A stretch of DNA of 64,000 bases from Treponemataceae bacterium (GTDB taxonomy: Bacteria > Spirochaetota > Spirochaetia > Treponematales > Rectinemataceae), in the NCBI GenBank assembly GCA_963678065.2, contig CAXXVZ010000003.1, positions 1,952,001-2,016,000 of the forward strand, given 5' to 3'. Shown here piece after piece: positions 40,140 through 49,991 of the stretch (position 1 is the stretch's first letter; every line of letters starts with the position of its first letter). Below the pieces are notes generated by a model that made no database searches, was not told where the DNA came from, and worked only from the letters and a program-made list of their open reading frames with translations. Both the position numbers and the translations under genes were made by a program.

Positions 40140-40853
40140 CTAAAATGAATTCTCTGCTTTTTTTTCCGTCACGCGCTGCATGTCTTCCAGTGTGACTTCG
40201 AGATGAGCGAGAATGGCCGGACCGACGCCATCCTTGTTGCGCTCCATTATCGCCTGAAGTATCCGTTCGTGGGGCAGCAGCGCGTGCGTTATGTTTTCGC
40301 TCACGGCGAAAGACCGGGTGCGGTATGCCCGCAATGCATCGGCCAGAATATTCCCGATCCTGATCAATATGTCGTTGTTGCTGGCTTCCATTATTGCGTT
40401 GTGAAATGACTCATCCAGGGTGGCCATGCCGATAACGTCTTTTTCGCGCACCGCTGTGGAAAAAGCTTCATGGATGGCATGAAGCCGGGCCACCTGACTC
40501 TCGCTGCCCCGGACTATCGCCAATCGTGCCGCGAGCGGTTCGATCGCCATTCTGACTTCCATGAGTTCGCAGACTTCAGTCTCTTTTGCCAAAAACCATT
40601 TCTTGATCGCCTCGGCGGGCGCGATGTCTTTGTGTTTCAGAAATGCGCCGATGCCGGGGCGCAACTCGATCATTCCCAGGGCCTGCAACATTCTGAACGC
40701 TTCCCTCAAAGTCGAACGTCCCACTCCGAGTTGCTCGCAGAACTCCGATTCGGTTGGAAGTCTGTCTCCCACCGTGTAGTTCCCGGAATCAATGAGGGAT
40801 TGGATTCTTTTTGCCACTTTTTCGGTCAAGGAAATCCTTTCGATCTTTTCCAT
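40140..40853 (-). CDS. FadR/GntR family regulator
   Basis: LPTE..LGVGRSTLREAF; FCD domain. Confidence 0.92.
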   Translation of the reverse strand: MEKIERISLTEKVAKRIQSLIDSGNYTVGDRLPTESEFCEQLGVGRSTLREAFRMLQALGMIELRPGIGAFLKHKDIAPAEAIKKWFLAKETEVCELMEVRMAIEPLAARLAIVRGSESQVARLHAIHEAFSTAVREKDVIGMATLDESFHNAIMEASNNDILIRIGNILADALRAYRTRSFAVSENITHALLPHERILQAIMERNKDGVGPAILAHLEVTLEDMQRVTEKKAENSF

Positions 40854-41033
40854 ACCCCACCTGTTGATCCGACAATAATGCATCGGGCAATTCATCCATC
40901 GCAATTCATGTCATCAGACAGTCAGACTATCACCTATCATGATATCTGTCAAATTTTTTCTTTGACAAAATGCATGACACGTCAGTCTCGGCGGCAGGGT
41001 GGGTTTCAGGACTGGAAGAGTCGATCGGCTACG

Positions 41034-41060
41034 CGCTGCGGCCCGTGAAGGGCCGCAGCG
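41034..41060. terminator. GC-rich hairpin downstream of the phosphohexomutase operon
   Basis: Perfect 11-bp stem cgctgcggccc/gggccgcagcg; no U tract. Confidence 0.45.
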
Positions 41061-41114
41061 GCGGCAAAATGAGGCGTTGATGGTTATTGATAAGAGTCGA
41101 TGGGTTGTGACTGG

Positions 41115-43271
41115 CTATTCGTCGATCCAGCCGATGATGTCGCCGGACCCGGTCAGTAGTCCTTCTTTCCGCATTGCGAAGAGTATGGCATCGAAATCGG
41201 TGTCGGCGACTGTTTCGCCGATGAGCCTCTCCACTTCCGTTTTCAGTTCCTCGCGGCGCAGGTCTCTCCGGCACAGCGCATCGAGAATGCCCTTCTCGAC
41301 GATGGCGTCCCGCGAGGCGATGTCCTTCATGAGGTCCCGGTTGCGCCTGTGCACGGCCACCATCGCCTCCCGCATCATCGGGTACAGGGTCCTCGAGCAT
41401 CGGATGGTCACGCAGCTCTTCATTTCGGTGCCCGAATTGCGGACGAACAGCGCGGCTTCCTTGAGGCCGCCGGGATTGAAGCAGGCGAGATAGAGCATCT
41501 GTGGGTCGTCGGGAAAATCGACGCGGCGGACAGAATAGGCTGCGGGCTTTTGGCTCCGTATGAGATCCAGGGCGATCCGCTCGTCTTCGCGCCACACATA
41601 CGAGTCCCGATAGAAGCGGGATTTGTCGACGAAGTACACGTAGCGCGAGTCCTTCGCCCCCGGCGGGAAGGGGTGGATGATCTCTTCGAGCCCCGATCCG
41701 CAATCCCGGATGACGGTGATGGCTCGGAGAACGGAGAGGAGCCCATTGCCGGTGTAGACCGTGCCGGGTTTTCCCTCCCTGTCCTCCAGACGGACGCCGA
41801 AGGTGACATGTCCCGACTCCTCGCAGCCGACAATATGGTTTTTGCCCTCTTTCGCCGGTTCGAGCAGGTGTTTGTCCCCGACACAGGCTGTCGCGCTTTC
41901 GATTCCGAGAATGCTCTTCATGTAATGGCCGGCGAGAATGTCGCTCTCGACGCTGTTCACGCACACGGGATCGACGCCGAGGCTGTCCCTGTCCCGTCTC
42001 CCCCGTGCCAGCCAGAACGCTATCTCGTCGCCGGGGACGACGTACACCCTGTCGTCGCGGGACGAATAGACGAGGAGGTAACCCCTGTCCCCGTCCCCGT
42101 CGTTCACGATCCCGAAGACGAGTCCCTGTCCCGCCGCCCTCCGGCCTTCGCCGAACATGGCCTGTATGGATGCAAGGCCGCTAGAGCCGCTCGGACTGCC
42201 CGAACTGAGGCCCGGCGCAAGGCGATCTTCGAAGTAGGCGTGTCCCTCGATCTCCCCCACCCCGCCGTTCTGGTTGATATTGTGGCCTCTGGGCTCGACA
42301 TTGACGGCGACGAAGTCGGCGCCCAGCGCCGCGAGGAGTTTTGTCGCCACGGCGCTGTAGGCGCCATTCGCCCCATCGTAGACTATCTTCACGCCCTCGA
42401 GGTGTCGCGGTTCCAGGCCAGCGTTCTCAAGGTCCACGCGGTAGAGAAGCTCGGTGGCCTCTGCGTGCACATCCAGGGCCATCCCTTCGGGATCGGGGCT
42501 CAGATCCCGGTCGGCGAGCCAGTACATGTACGCCGTCAGGCCGTATTCTCCGGCCGGACCGTCGTTTGCGAGCTTGAATCCGTCATACACGAACTTTATG
42601 CCGTTCTGGTTCGAGGGATTGTGCGAAGCGGTGACGATGGCTCCGATTTTGCTTTTCACATAGTACGCGAAAAGCGGAATCCCGGGTGTCGCGAGAACGC
42701 CCGCATCGAGGACCCTGAACCCGAGCTCCGCGAAGGCCCGGCCGACGGCTTTGGCGAAGCGACCCGAGCTGTCCCGGCCGTCGGCCCCGACGACGACATC
42801 CTCCCCGGCGCCGATGAGTCCGTTCTCGAGACATTCCATCCCGAGAGCCTTGGCCGAAAGGCCGAGGAAGGCGGGCGACACGATCCCCTCGCTCAGGAAA
42901 AGACGGAGAGCCTCCCGGTAGTCGACATCGACGTTCCGCGTTTTGCCCCGCAGGCCGTCCGTGCCCTGGAGGCGTATCCGCGAGATTTCTGCGAGGGTCC
43001 GGAAAGATTCTCCCGCTTCACCGCCGGCCCCGCGCTCCGTGCTGAGTCCGTGGAGGAATTCGATGTCCAGGACGGCGCCGTCGGGAAACCATGCGGGGTC
43101 GATGCGCGCTGCGAGCCCGGCGGCCTTCTGCACCGTGATGCCCCTCGACGCGAGGATCTTTCCGGAAGAGGCGGCGTCCGCAGAGCGGCCGAAGAGAATG
43201 GAGGGGTCGCGGCGGACGGTGAAGAAAATCCGCCGCCCGTAGAGCTCTTTCCACACAGATTCATTCGTCAC
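41115..43271 (-). CDS. Alpha-D-phosphohexomutase (PGM/PMM/GlmM superfamily) with N- and C-terminal extensions, 718 aa
   Basis: GTDGLRG, TASHNP (phospho-Ser), DGDGDR (metal), GCEESGH (sugar loop); GGAGG RBS before GTG at 43271. Confidence 0.88.
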   Translation of the reverse strand: MTNESVWKELYGRRIFFTVRRDPSILFGRSADAASSGKILASRGITVQKAAGLAARIDPAWFPDGAVLDIEFLHGLSTERGAGGEAGESFRTLAEISRIRLQGTDGLRGKTRNVDVDYREALRLFLSEGIVSPAFLGLSAKALGMECLENGLIGAGEDVVVGADGRDSSGRFAKAVGRAFAELGFRVLDAGVLATPGIPLFAYYVKSKIGAIVTASHNPSNQNGIKFVYDGFKLANDGPAGEYGLTAYMYWLADRDLSPDPEGMALDVHAEATELLYRVDLENAGLEPRHLEGVKIVYDGANGAYSAVATKLLAALGADFVAVNVEPRGHNINQNGGVGEIEGHAYFEDRLAPGLSSGSPSGSSGLASIQAMFGEGRRAAGQGLVFGIVNDGDGDRGYLLVYSSRDDRVYVVPGDEIAFWLARGRRDRDSLGVDPVCVNSVESDILAGHYMKSILGIESATACVGDKHLLEPAKEGKNHIVGCEESGHVTFGVRLEDREGKPGTVYTGNGLLSVLRAITVIRDCGSGLEEIIHPFPPGAKDSRYVYFVDKSRFYRDSYVWREDERIALDLIRSQKPAAYSVRRVDFPDDPQMLYLACFNPGGLKEAALFVRNSGTEMKSCVTIRCSRTLYPMMREAMVAVHRRNRDLMKDIASRDAIVEKGILDALCRRDLRREELKTEVERLIGETVADTDFDAILFAMRKEGLLTGSGDIIGWIDE

Positions 43272-43324
43272 GATAGTTCCTCCGGTTCCGGCGAACCCGG
43301 GATCGCCCTCGGCGGCTTCGAGTT

Positions 43325-45004
43325 TCACGATGGCCTCACGATGGCCTCGCCCGAGCCGCCGGTCCAACGGTTGACGAGGTACAGGGAGAGTCCCGTGACG
43401 AGGAGCAGGATGGTCGCCATGGCCGAGGCGGTCCCGAAGTAGCCGTCCAGGACCGAGAGATACACCTTGATCGGCATGGTCATCGTCGCGCCGACATAGA
43501 GGAGTATCGAGGCGGAGAGCTCGTTCATGGAAGTCACCCAGCTCATGACGGCGCCCGAGACGATGCCCGACTTCATGAGAGGGAGAGCGATCGTCCTGAA
43601 GGTGCGAGCGGGGGGAGAGCCGAGGTTGACGCCGGCCTCCTCGAGCGCCGGATCTATCTGCTTGAGGATGGAGGCGGCGGAGCGGACCGAGTAGGGAAGA
43701 CGGCGGATGAAGTAGGTCAGGACGATGATGACGCCCGTGCCGGCGAGATAGATCGGTTTGCGGTTGAAGGCGACGATGAAGCCGATGCCGAGGACGGTGC
43801 CGGGCACCATGTACGGAATCATGAGCAGGGGGTCGAGTATGCGGACGGAGAGCCGCCTGCGCCTCGCTATCACGAAACCGAGGAGGGTTCCCACCGAGGC
43901 TATGAGAACGACGGCGACGAGGGAGAAGAGGAAGGAGTTGGTCACCGTGCGCGGGACGTCGAAGAATATGGTTTTGTAGCTGCCGAGGCCGAAGCCCGAG
44001 ATGAAGACCGGGCCGTTCGTATTCCGGAAGGAATAGACGACGACGACGGCGAGAGGCAGCGTGCTGAGGGCGACGATAAAGTAGCAGACGAGATGCGCCA
44101 GGAAGGCGCCGATTCCGCGCAGGCTCAGGGGGACGGGCCTGTTCACCAGCATGCTCGAGTATTTCCGTCTCGACGAGGCCCACTGCTGAACGACGATGAT
44201 CCCGGAGGCGCAGGCCATGAGGACGATGCTCACGGTGCTCGCCATGCCGGGACTCTCGGCGATCTCGCTCGTGTAGAGGTTGTAGGCGAGCGTGGGCAGC
44301 ACGAGGTAGTTGCCGCCGATAATCATGGGCGTCCCGAAATCGGAGAGCGACATCATGAAGACGATGAGCGCGCCTCCCGTGAGGGAGGGCAGAATGAGAG
44401 GGAGGGTGACCGAAAAGAAGGTCCGCAGGGACCGGGCTCCGAGGTTCCTCGAAGCCTCTTCCAGCGAGCGGTCGGTCGTCATGAGTGCTCCCGCGGCCAT
44501 GAGGCTCACGAAGGGATAGAATTGCAGGGATTCGGCGAGCACGATACCTCCGAGACCGTAGATGGGAGGGAGCTGTAACCCTATCGAAATGAGGGCCTGC
44601 CTGAGAAAACCGTTCCGGCCCAGCATGGTCACCCAGGAATAGGCCCCGATGAACGGAGGCGAGAGGAGAGAGAGCACCGCGAGCGTATTGAGGAGAGGGG
44701 AGCCCGCGATCTTGTACCGCGACGTAAAAAAGGCGAGCGGCAGACCGAGGACGGTCGACAGAATCGTCGTCGAGACGGCCACGACCACGCTGTTGAGGAG
44801 GGCATTGAAGTAGTACTTCTTCGAAAAGAAGGTCAGGTAATTGCCCAGGGAAAGAGCCCCCGTCGCCTTGTCGATGAAACTGTAGCGGAATATGCCGACG
44901 AGAGGGTAGAGGAGAAACAACAGAACGATGGCGAATCCGCCGAATGTCACCATGGACCAGACATCGAGAGGTCTCTTCCGGATCATGCCGATCATGCGGT
45001 TCAT
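43325..45004 (-). CDS. ABC permease, fused FbpB/AfuB type
   Basis: Two EAA loops (LEEASRNLGA, LEEAGVNLGS); SDFGTP. Confidence 0.92.
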   Translation of the reverse strand: MNRMIGMIRKRPLDVWSMVTFGGFAIVLLFLLYPLVGIFRYSFIDKATGALSLGNYLTFFSKKYYFNALLNSVVVAVSTTILSTVLGLPLAFFTSRYKIAGSPLLNTLAVLSLLSPPFIGAYSWVTMLGRNGFLRQALISIGLQLPPIYGLGGIVLAESLQFYPFVSLMAAGALMTTDRSLEEASRNLGARSLRTFFSVTLPLILPSLTGGALIVFMMSLSDFGTPMIIGGNYLVLPTLAYNLYTSEIAESPGMASTVSIVLMACASGIIVVQQWASSRRKYSSMLVNRPVPLSLRGIGAFLAHLVCYFIVALSTLPLAVVVVYSFRNTNGPVFISGFGLGSYKTIFFDVPRTVTNSFLFSLVAVVLIASVGTLLGFVIARRRRLSVRILDPLLMIPYMVPGTVLGIGFIVAFNRKPIYLAGTGVIIVLTYFIRRLPYSVRSAASILKQIDPALEEAGVNLGSPPARTFRTIALPLMKSGIVSGAVMSWVTSMNELSASILLYVGATMTMPIKVYLSVLDGYFGTASAMATILLLVTGLSLYLVNRWTGGSGEAIVRPS

Positions 45005-46107
45005 GCCGCTCCTCCCGCCGTGGCGATCCGGGTTTTCTTTTCGGGATCGAAGAGAAGGATGGAGTCCCGGGCAAGGGATATCCTCGCGAGGCTGCCTATG
45101 CGAAGCTCACAGAGGGAATCGGGCCGGTGATACTCCACGACGATCGGTGTCCCGCCTATGTCGAGCCCGATGGTGGCTGTCGAACCCAGGAAGGAGCGCG
45201 AGCGCACCGCGGCCTCGATTCCGTTCTCGGCGCCCTCGGGGGGATTGAACCGTGGATCCTCGGGCCTGAAGCCCACGATGACGCGCCGTCCCGAGCAATC
45301 CCCGATCGGGGCCGCGGCGTGGAACTCGCCCCCGCCCGTCCTGATCCTGACGCCTCCGTCCTCTGTCCGGCCCACGATCTCTCCCTCGAGAAGGTTCATC
45401 GTCCCCACGAAGGTCGCGACGAAGAGGTTGTCAGGCAACTTGTAGATGGTCCAGGGCGCGCCCACCTGCTGGACGACGCCTCCCTCGATGACCGCTATCC
45501 TGTCGGAGATCGCCAGGGCCTCTTCCTGATCGTGCGTCACATAGAGAGCCGTGATGCCCAGATGCTTCTGTATATCCCGTATCTCCGAGCGCATCTCTAC
45601 GCGCAGTTTCGCGTCGAGGTTGGAGAGCGGTTCGTCGAGCAAGAGGACGCGGGGCTCGATGGCCATCGCGCGCGCCAATCCGACGCGCTGCTGCTGCCCG
45701 CCTGAGAGCTGGTCGGGGGTTCTCCTTTCGTAACCGTCGAGCCGGACCCGCTTGAGGGCCGCCTCCACCCGCATCGACACCTCCGCGCCGCGCATCTTCC
45801 GCACCCTGAGTCCGTAGGCGACGTTTTCGAAGACGGTCATATGGGGGAAAACCGCGTAGTTCTGGAAAACCATGCCTGTCTCCCGGCGATAGGCGGGCAT
45901 ATCGTTCACGAGCTCGTCGCCAAGGAGGATATCGCCCGAGTCCTGGCGATAGAAGCCCGCCACTGTCCGCAACAGCGTCGTCTTCCCGCAGCCCGAAGGG
46001 CCGAGAAGGGTGAAAAGTTCGCCTGGCTCGACGCCAAGAGTGACTCCCTTCAACGCTTTCATGGAACCGAAATTTTTCTCGACCCCTACGATTCGAATAG
46101 ATGTCAT
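45001..46107 (-). CDS. ABC ATP-binding protein (FbpC/AfuC/PotA type)
   Basis: [29 protein letters not shown] tail. Confidence 0.93.
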   Translation of the reverse strand: MTSIRIVGVEKNFGSMKALKGVTLGVEPGELFTLLGPSGCGKTTLLRTVAGFYRQDSGDILLGDELVNDMPAYRRETGMVFQNYAVFPHMTVFENVAYGLRVRKMRGAEVSMRVEAALKRVRLDGYERRTPDQLSGGQQQRVGLARAMAIEPRVLLLDEPLSNLDAKLRVEMRSEIRDIQKHLGITALYVTHDQEEALAISDRIAVIEGGVVQQVGAPWTIYKLPDNLFVATFVGTMNLLEGEIVGRTEDGGVRIRTGGGEFHAAAPIGDCSGRRVIVGFRPEDPRFNPPEGAENGIEAAVRSRSFLGSTATIGLDIGGTPIVVEYHRPDSLCELRIGSLARISLARDSILLFDPEKKTRIATAGGAA

Positions 46108-46164
46108 GGTTTTTCCGCTTTGTTGGAAAGATGGCGGCAAGGCATGCATGGCGCCGGCCGCTTC

Positions 46165-46200
46165 GCCTTGCGCCGCGCTCGAGCATGCGCGGCGCAAGGC
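46165..46200 (-). other. Intergenic stem-loop after the SBP gene
   Basis: Perfect 14-bp stem gccttgcgccgcgc/gcgcggcgcaaggc. Confidence 0.75.
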
Positions 46201-46233
46201 TCGATGGTCAGATCAGTTCATCAAGGCCAAGGC

Positions 46234-47208
46234 TCAGATCCCGAGATCCATGGCCATACTCTGGAATTTCTTCACGAATTCGGGCTGATTCTTGGCCGCC
46301 CAACCGAAGTCGTAGGGTATTGTCTTGATCGCGTCGATGGCAGGAAGCCCCTGGGGGGCGGCGCCGTCGATGCGGACCGAGCGCCGGAACATCTGGTCGA
46401 CGAGCAGTTCCTGGACAGGTTTCGAGAGACACCAGTCGATGAAACTCTGGCCGGCCTTGGGGTTCGGCCCTCCTTTGAGAAGGGCGATACCGTCGGGGGC
46501 CGCGACCGTGCCGTCGGCGGGGTAGACGATTTTGACCGGACCGCCCGCTTTGACGTAGCGATACGCGTTGTCCTCAAGAGTGATCCCGACCATGACCTCG
46601 CCGTCGGAGACGAATTTGGGGACGGAGCCTGAGGAGCCGGAGATCTGGGCATTCGCGAGAATCGATTTGTAGACTTCCCAGCCCTTGTCCTTGTAGACGG
46701 CGATCACATTGCACAGCTGCATGTAGGCGGAGCCCGATTTGTCCGCGCGGGCCGAAGAGATCATCTTCGCGAAGCGGGGATTGGCGAGATCGGTCCAGGT
46801 TTTCGGGAACTTGTCCGGCTGCACGAGCTTCGTGTTGACGATGAAGACGTTCATGATGCCGGTGAAGGGCAGCCAGTTCGTCCCCACGTTGTACAGAGGA
46901 TTTATCTTGTCCCACTCCTTCGGCTTGTACGGCACGAGCAGGGCGCTGTTTGCCTCGAGCTGCTCTCCCCCGACGCTCCAGACCACGTCGGCCTGGGGAT
47001 TGCCAGCCTCGGCCTTGGCCCGGTTTATGATGTCGCCCGAACCCATCTTGACGTATTCCACCTTCATCCCCGTCTCTTTCTCGAATCGCGGGACCAGGAC
47101 ATTCAGGATCGGATCCTCGAGAGATGTGTAGACGACGACCCGCGTCGGCGCCGCGCCCGCCGCGAAGGCGAGAGTCAGACAGACCAGTGCGATGACGAAT
47201 CTTTTCAT
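46234..47208 (-). CDS. ABC substrate-binding protein, FbpA/AfuA family (possibly sugar-phosphate binding)
   Basis: Signal peptide; FEKETG..AEAGNPQADV; PKTWTDL; KSGSAY; YPADGT. Confidence 0.85.
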   Translation of the reverse strand: MKRFVIALVCLTLAFAAGAAPTRVVVYTSLEDPILNVLVPRFEKETGMKVEYVKMGSGDIINRAKAEAGNPQADVVWSVGGEQLEANSALLVPYKPKEWDKINPLYNVGTNWLPFTGIMNVFIVNTKLVQPDKFPKTWTDLANPRFAKMISSARADKSGSAYMQLCNVIAVYKDKGWEVYKSILANAQISGSSGSVPKFVSDGEVMVGITLEDNAYRYVKAGGPVKIVYPADGTVAAPDGIALLKGGPNPKAGQSFIDWCLSKPVQELLVDQMFRRSVRIDGAAPQGLPAIDAIKTIPYDFGWAAKNQPEFVKKFQSMAMDLGI

Positions 47209-47277
47209 GGGAACCTCCTAAAAAACATACAGGATGCCCTTATCTCGCCTCCCGCTCGGGGGAGGAAGGCCGGGCTC

Positions 47278-48637
47278 CTAAAAACCATTGCCTGATTCAT
47301 GGGACGGGTAGCAGGCCGCCTCGTACCGGCCAAGTTCGGCATCGACCGCCTGGATCGCGATCTCCCCGGGTCCGCGAATCGCCGGACTCCGCTCATGGAC
47401 CGACCCGAGGCGCGGCAGGTATTGCGACAGCAACTGAGGCGGTATCTCGCGATCGCGCAGGGAATCGAAGAGACGGTCGAGGGCCACCGATACTTCCGGC
47501 CTTTCCCAGTAGTACCGGATCCGGTCGGAGTACGCGTATTTCAGGGAAAAGGCCAGGAACGAATCCGACGCGTAGTATCCCTTCCAGTAGGCGGGGTCGT
47601 CCCGCATGCTCCTCTCCACCGTGTCCGCGAGCCCCGCCCCATGGCGGACTCCGAGTTCTCCCGCGATGGCGTCGAGTCCGAAAAGGGCCTCGCGGAGGGC
47701 GAAGGTGAGGGCAGGCCCAACTTTGAGTATGCAGATGCCATCCTCGACGAGGGCCGCGAGGGCCTCATCGGGCTGGAAATCGGTGGAATGCCCCTCGAAC
47801 AGAAGATCCGGATAGTCCGCGCGCGGCGACGAGGGCGGCTGCGCGGCCCCGATCGTAGACGTAGACGCGGCGCGCATCGAATTCGACGCCTGGCTGGACG
47901 ACGATGGCCAGGACACGTTCCCAGACATCGGAAAGACCGTACGAGTCGAAGGAAGCCCGGTGCAGTCGCACCGCCGCGCGGAAATCTTCGGGATCGGTGG
48001 GCCTCGGTCCTTCTCCGTCGATGGAGGCCGCCGCCTCCCCCTCCGTCCGGACGCCTCCCGGAACCGGCACTTCGGTCCCGATGACATAGACCGGTGGAAT
48101 GGCGCCAGGATCGCTCGCCCGAGCCTCGCGGAAAGCCTCTTCGGCCGCCGCGCACAGCCTGGCGGAGCGCTCTGCAGCGACGCGAGGATCGAGGGAGAGG
48201 CCAGCGGGGTCGGCAGCGCCGGACCCAGCCTCGCCCCCCAACATCATGCTCGCGTCGAGGTGGATCTTGCGGGCGCCCGCCTTCACGAAGAGGCGGACGA
48301 GTTCCGCCGCGCGCGACATGGCATCCTCCGCGTCCCGGTGGCGCCAGGGATAGGGGCCCAGATGATCGCCGCCGAAAACGACACAGTCGGGGTCGGCGCC
48401 GAAGCGTGAAGCGAGGGCGGCGAGACGGGTCGAAAAATCCTCGGGTTTCATGCCCGTGTAGCCTCCGTCCTGGTTGACCTGATTGGCCGTGGCCTCCACG
48501 AGGACGGCCCTTCCTGTCTTGGCTGCGCGGCGGATGGCGGCCTCGAGGACGAGGGGATTCGAGCTGCACACGGAGTAGAGGCCCCGAACTCCGCCACGAG
48601 AGCGGGCGGCGCGCAGCTGTGCAAAACAATCGGACAT
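47278..48637 (-). pseudogene. kbaZ: KbaZ/GatZ family tagatose-6-phosphate 4-epimerase-like gene, split by a frameshift at ~47820
   Basis: 5' frame: SVCS, EATANQVNQDGGYTGM, GGDHLGP, KIHLDAS, GTEVPVPGG, VVQPGVEF. 3' frame: FEGHSTDFQ, LKVGPALTF, YSDRIRYYW. Confidence 0.88.
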
Positions 48638-48641
48638 CTCG

Positions 48642-49829
48642 CTACCCCCTCAGGCTTTCCGGATAGATCCACACGCCCTGAACCACTCGGCTGATCACGC
48701 CGCCGGGAGAGGGCTCGTCCGGTCTGAGGCCATGGCCGAGAGAGGCGAAGAGTCCGATGAGCTGCCCCGCGACAGCCACGAGTACAGGAAGGAGTGTGTC
48801 CGGAACCGCCCGGTCGGCGCCGAAATCGAGAGTGTAGTCGGCGAGTCCCTCGAGTCCCGACAGGTCCGGGCCTGCCGCCACGAGGGCTTTTCCCAGTCCC
48901 TTACCCCGGATTTCCCTGAGAAGGTCCAGTTCGTAGCGCCTGCGCCGCGCATCGCCCGAGAGGTAGAGGACCACGAGGCTGTTCCCGTCCACCGCGGCCA
49001 GGGGGCCGTGCCGGAAGCCGAGAACGTCCTCGGTCGCAGCGATTATCCGGCCGGCGGTGAGCTCCTGCACCTTGAGGTGGGCCTCGAAGGCGCCGCCGAG
49101 GAAGGGCCTCGAGGCGATAAAAAAGGCCCGGTCGAAGTTCTCGCGGGACAGGAGCGCCCCGAGATCAGAAGCCCTGCCGATGAGTGGACCGCCGAGACGG
49201 GCTAGAGCCTCGACAAAGGCGGCGTAGTCCCCGTCCCGGCCGCGGTAGGCGAGAGAGGCCCCCGCTATGCACAGCGAACTGAAGGAGGCGGTCATGGCGA
49301 GTCCTCTGTCATTCGACTCTTCGGGGAGGGCCAGGACGAAGCCCCTGTCGCCAAGACCGCCGACGAGGCTGGCGAGCGAACCGGAACGGTTGCAGGTGAT
49401 GGCGATCTGCCTGACCAGGCCAGGCCTCAGGCGTTCCGCCAGTCCGACCACGGCGTTGGTCTCAGGGCTTTCTCCTGAGCGCGCGAAGGATACAAGCACA
49501 AAAGGCTCGCGGGGGAGGGAGGACTCGGGGTCCATGAGGATTTCAGTCGAAGGGATGGCTTCGACGCAGGCGAATGATCCGGCGAGGAGTGGCTCAAGCG
49601 AGAGGCCGACATAGTGGGAGCTTCCGGCGCCCGAAAGGACAAGCCGCGAACTGTCGCCGAGAAAATCCGACAGCGCGGACAGAGACGCCCGGGCAAGAAG
49701 TCCCGTCTTCAGCCAGACGGCTGGCTGAGAAGCTATTTCGCCGGCGGTATGAAAATAGCCTTTCTCTTTCTGTTCCTCGGCGGGACATTGAAGCAGAGCA
49801 TCCAAGGCCGTTCGCACCATGATCACCAT
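48642..49829 (-). CDS. agaS: AgaS-like double-SIS sugar-phosphate isomerase/deaminase
   Basis: HTAGEIASQP; GAGSS; SFARSGESPE; AMTASFSS; GFRHGP; PSPGGVISRVVQGV. Confidence 0.85.
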   Translation of the reverse strand: MVIMVRTALDALLQCPAEEQKEKGYFHTAGEIASQPAVWLKTGLLARASLSALSDFLGDSSRLVLSGAGSSHYVGLSLEPLLAGSFACVEAIPSTEILMDPESSLPREPFVLVSFARSGESPETNAVVGLAERLRPGLVRQIAITCNRSGSLASLVGGLGDRGFVLALPEESNDRGLAMTASFSSLCIAGASLAYRGRDGDYAAFVEALARLGGPLIGRASDLGALLSRENFDRAFFIASRPFLGGAFEAHLKVQELTAGRIIAATEDVLGFRHGPLAAVDGNSLVVLYLSGDARRRRYELDLLREIRGKGLGKALVAAGPDLSGLEGLADYTLDFGADRAVPDTLLPVLVAVAGQLIGLFASLGHGLRPDEPSPGGVISRVVQGVWIYPESLRG

Positions 49830-49832
49830 ATT

Positions 49833-49932
49833 TTCATATCAATCACATAACAAGCACATAATACCATTAAACGAGCATATATCAATCATATTTCGACACA
49901 ATTATAGAAATTTTCAAATACCGAGCATATTT
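49833..49932. promoter_or_regulatory. AT-rich divergent promoter with direct repeats (candidate DeoR/AgaR operators)
   Basis: ATATCAATCA x2, CGAGCATAT x2 and CACATAA x2. Confidence 0.55.
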
Positions 49933-49991
49933 CGCGCAGACTATTCCACGGACGCCGCACTGTGATATAGTGCACGGGGAAAGGTGGACAC

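Noticed and set aside
41115..45074. 1319-aa ORF suggesting a giant fusion
   Set aside because: The first ~600 aa are an Arg/Pro-rich off-frame shadow of the ABC permease. The real gene starts at GTG 43271 with a GGAGG RBS.
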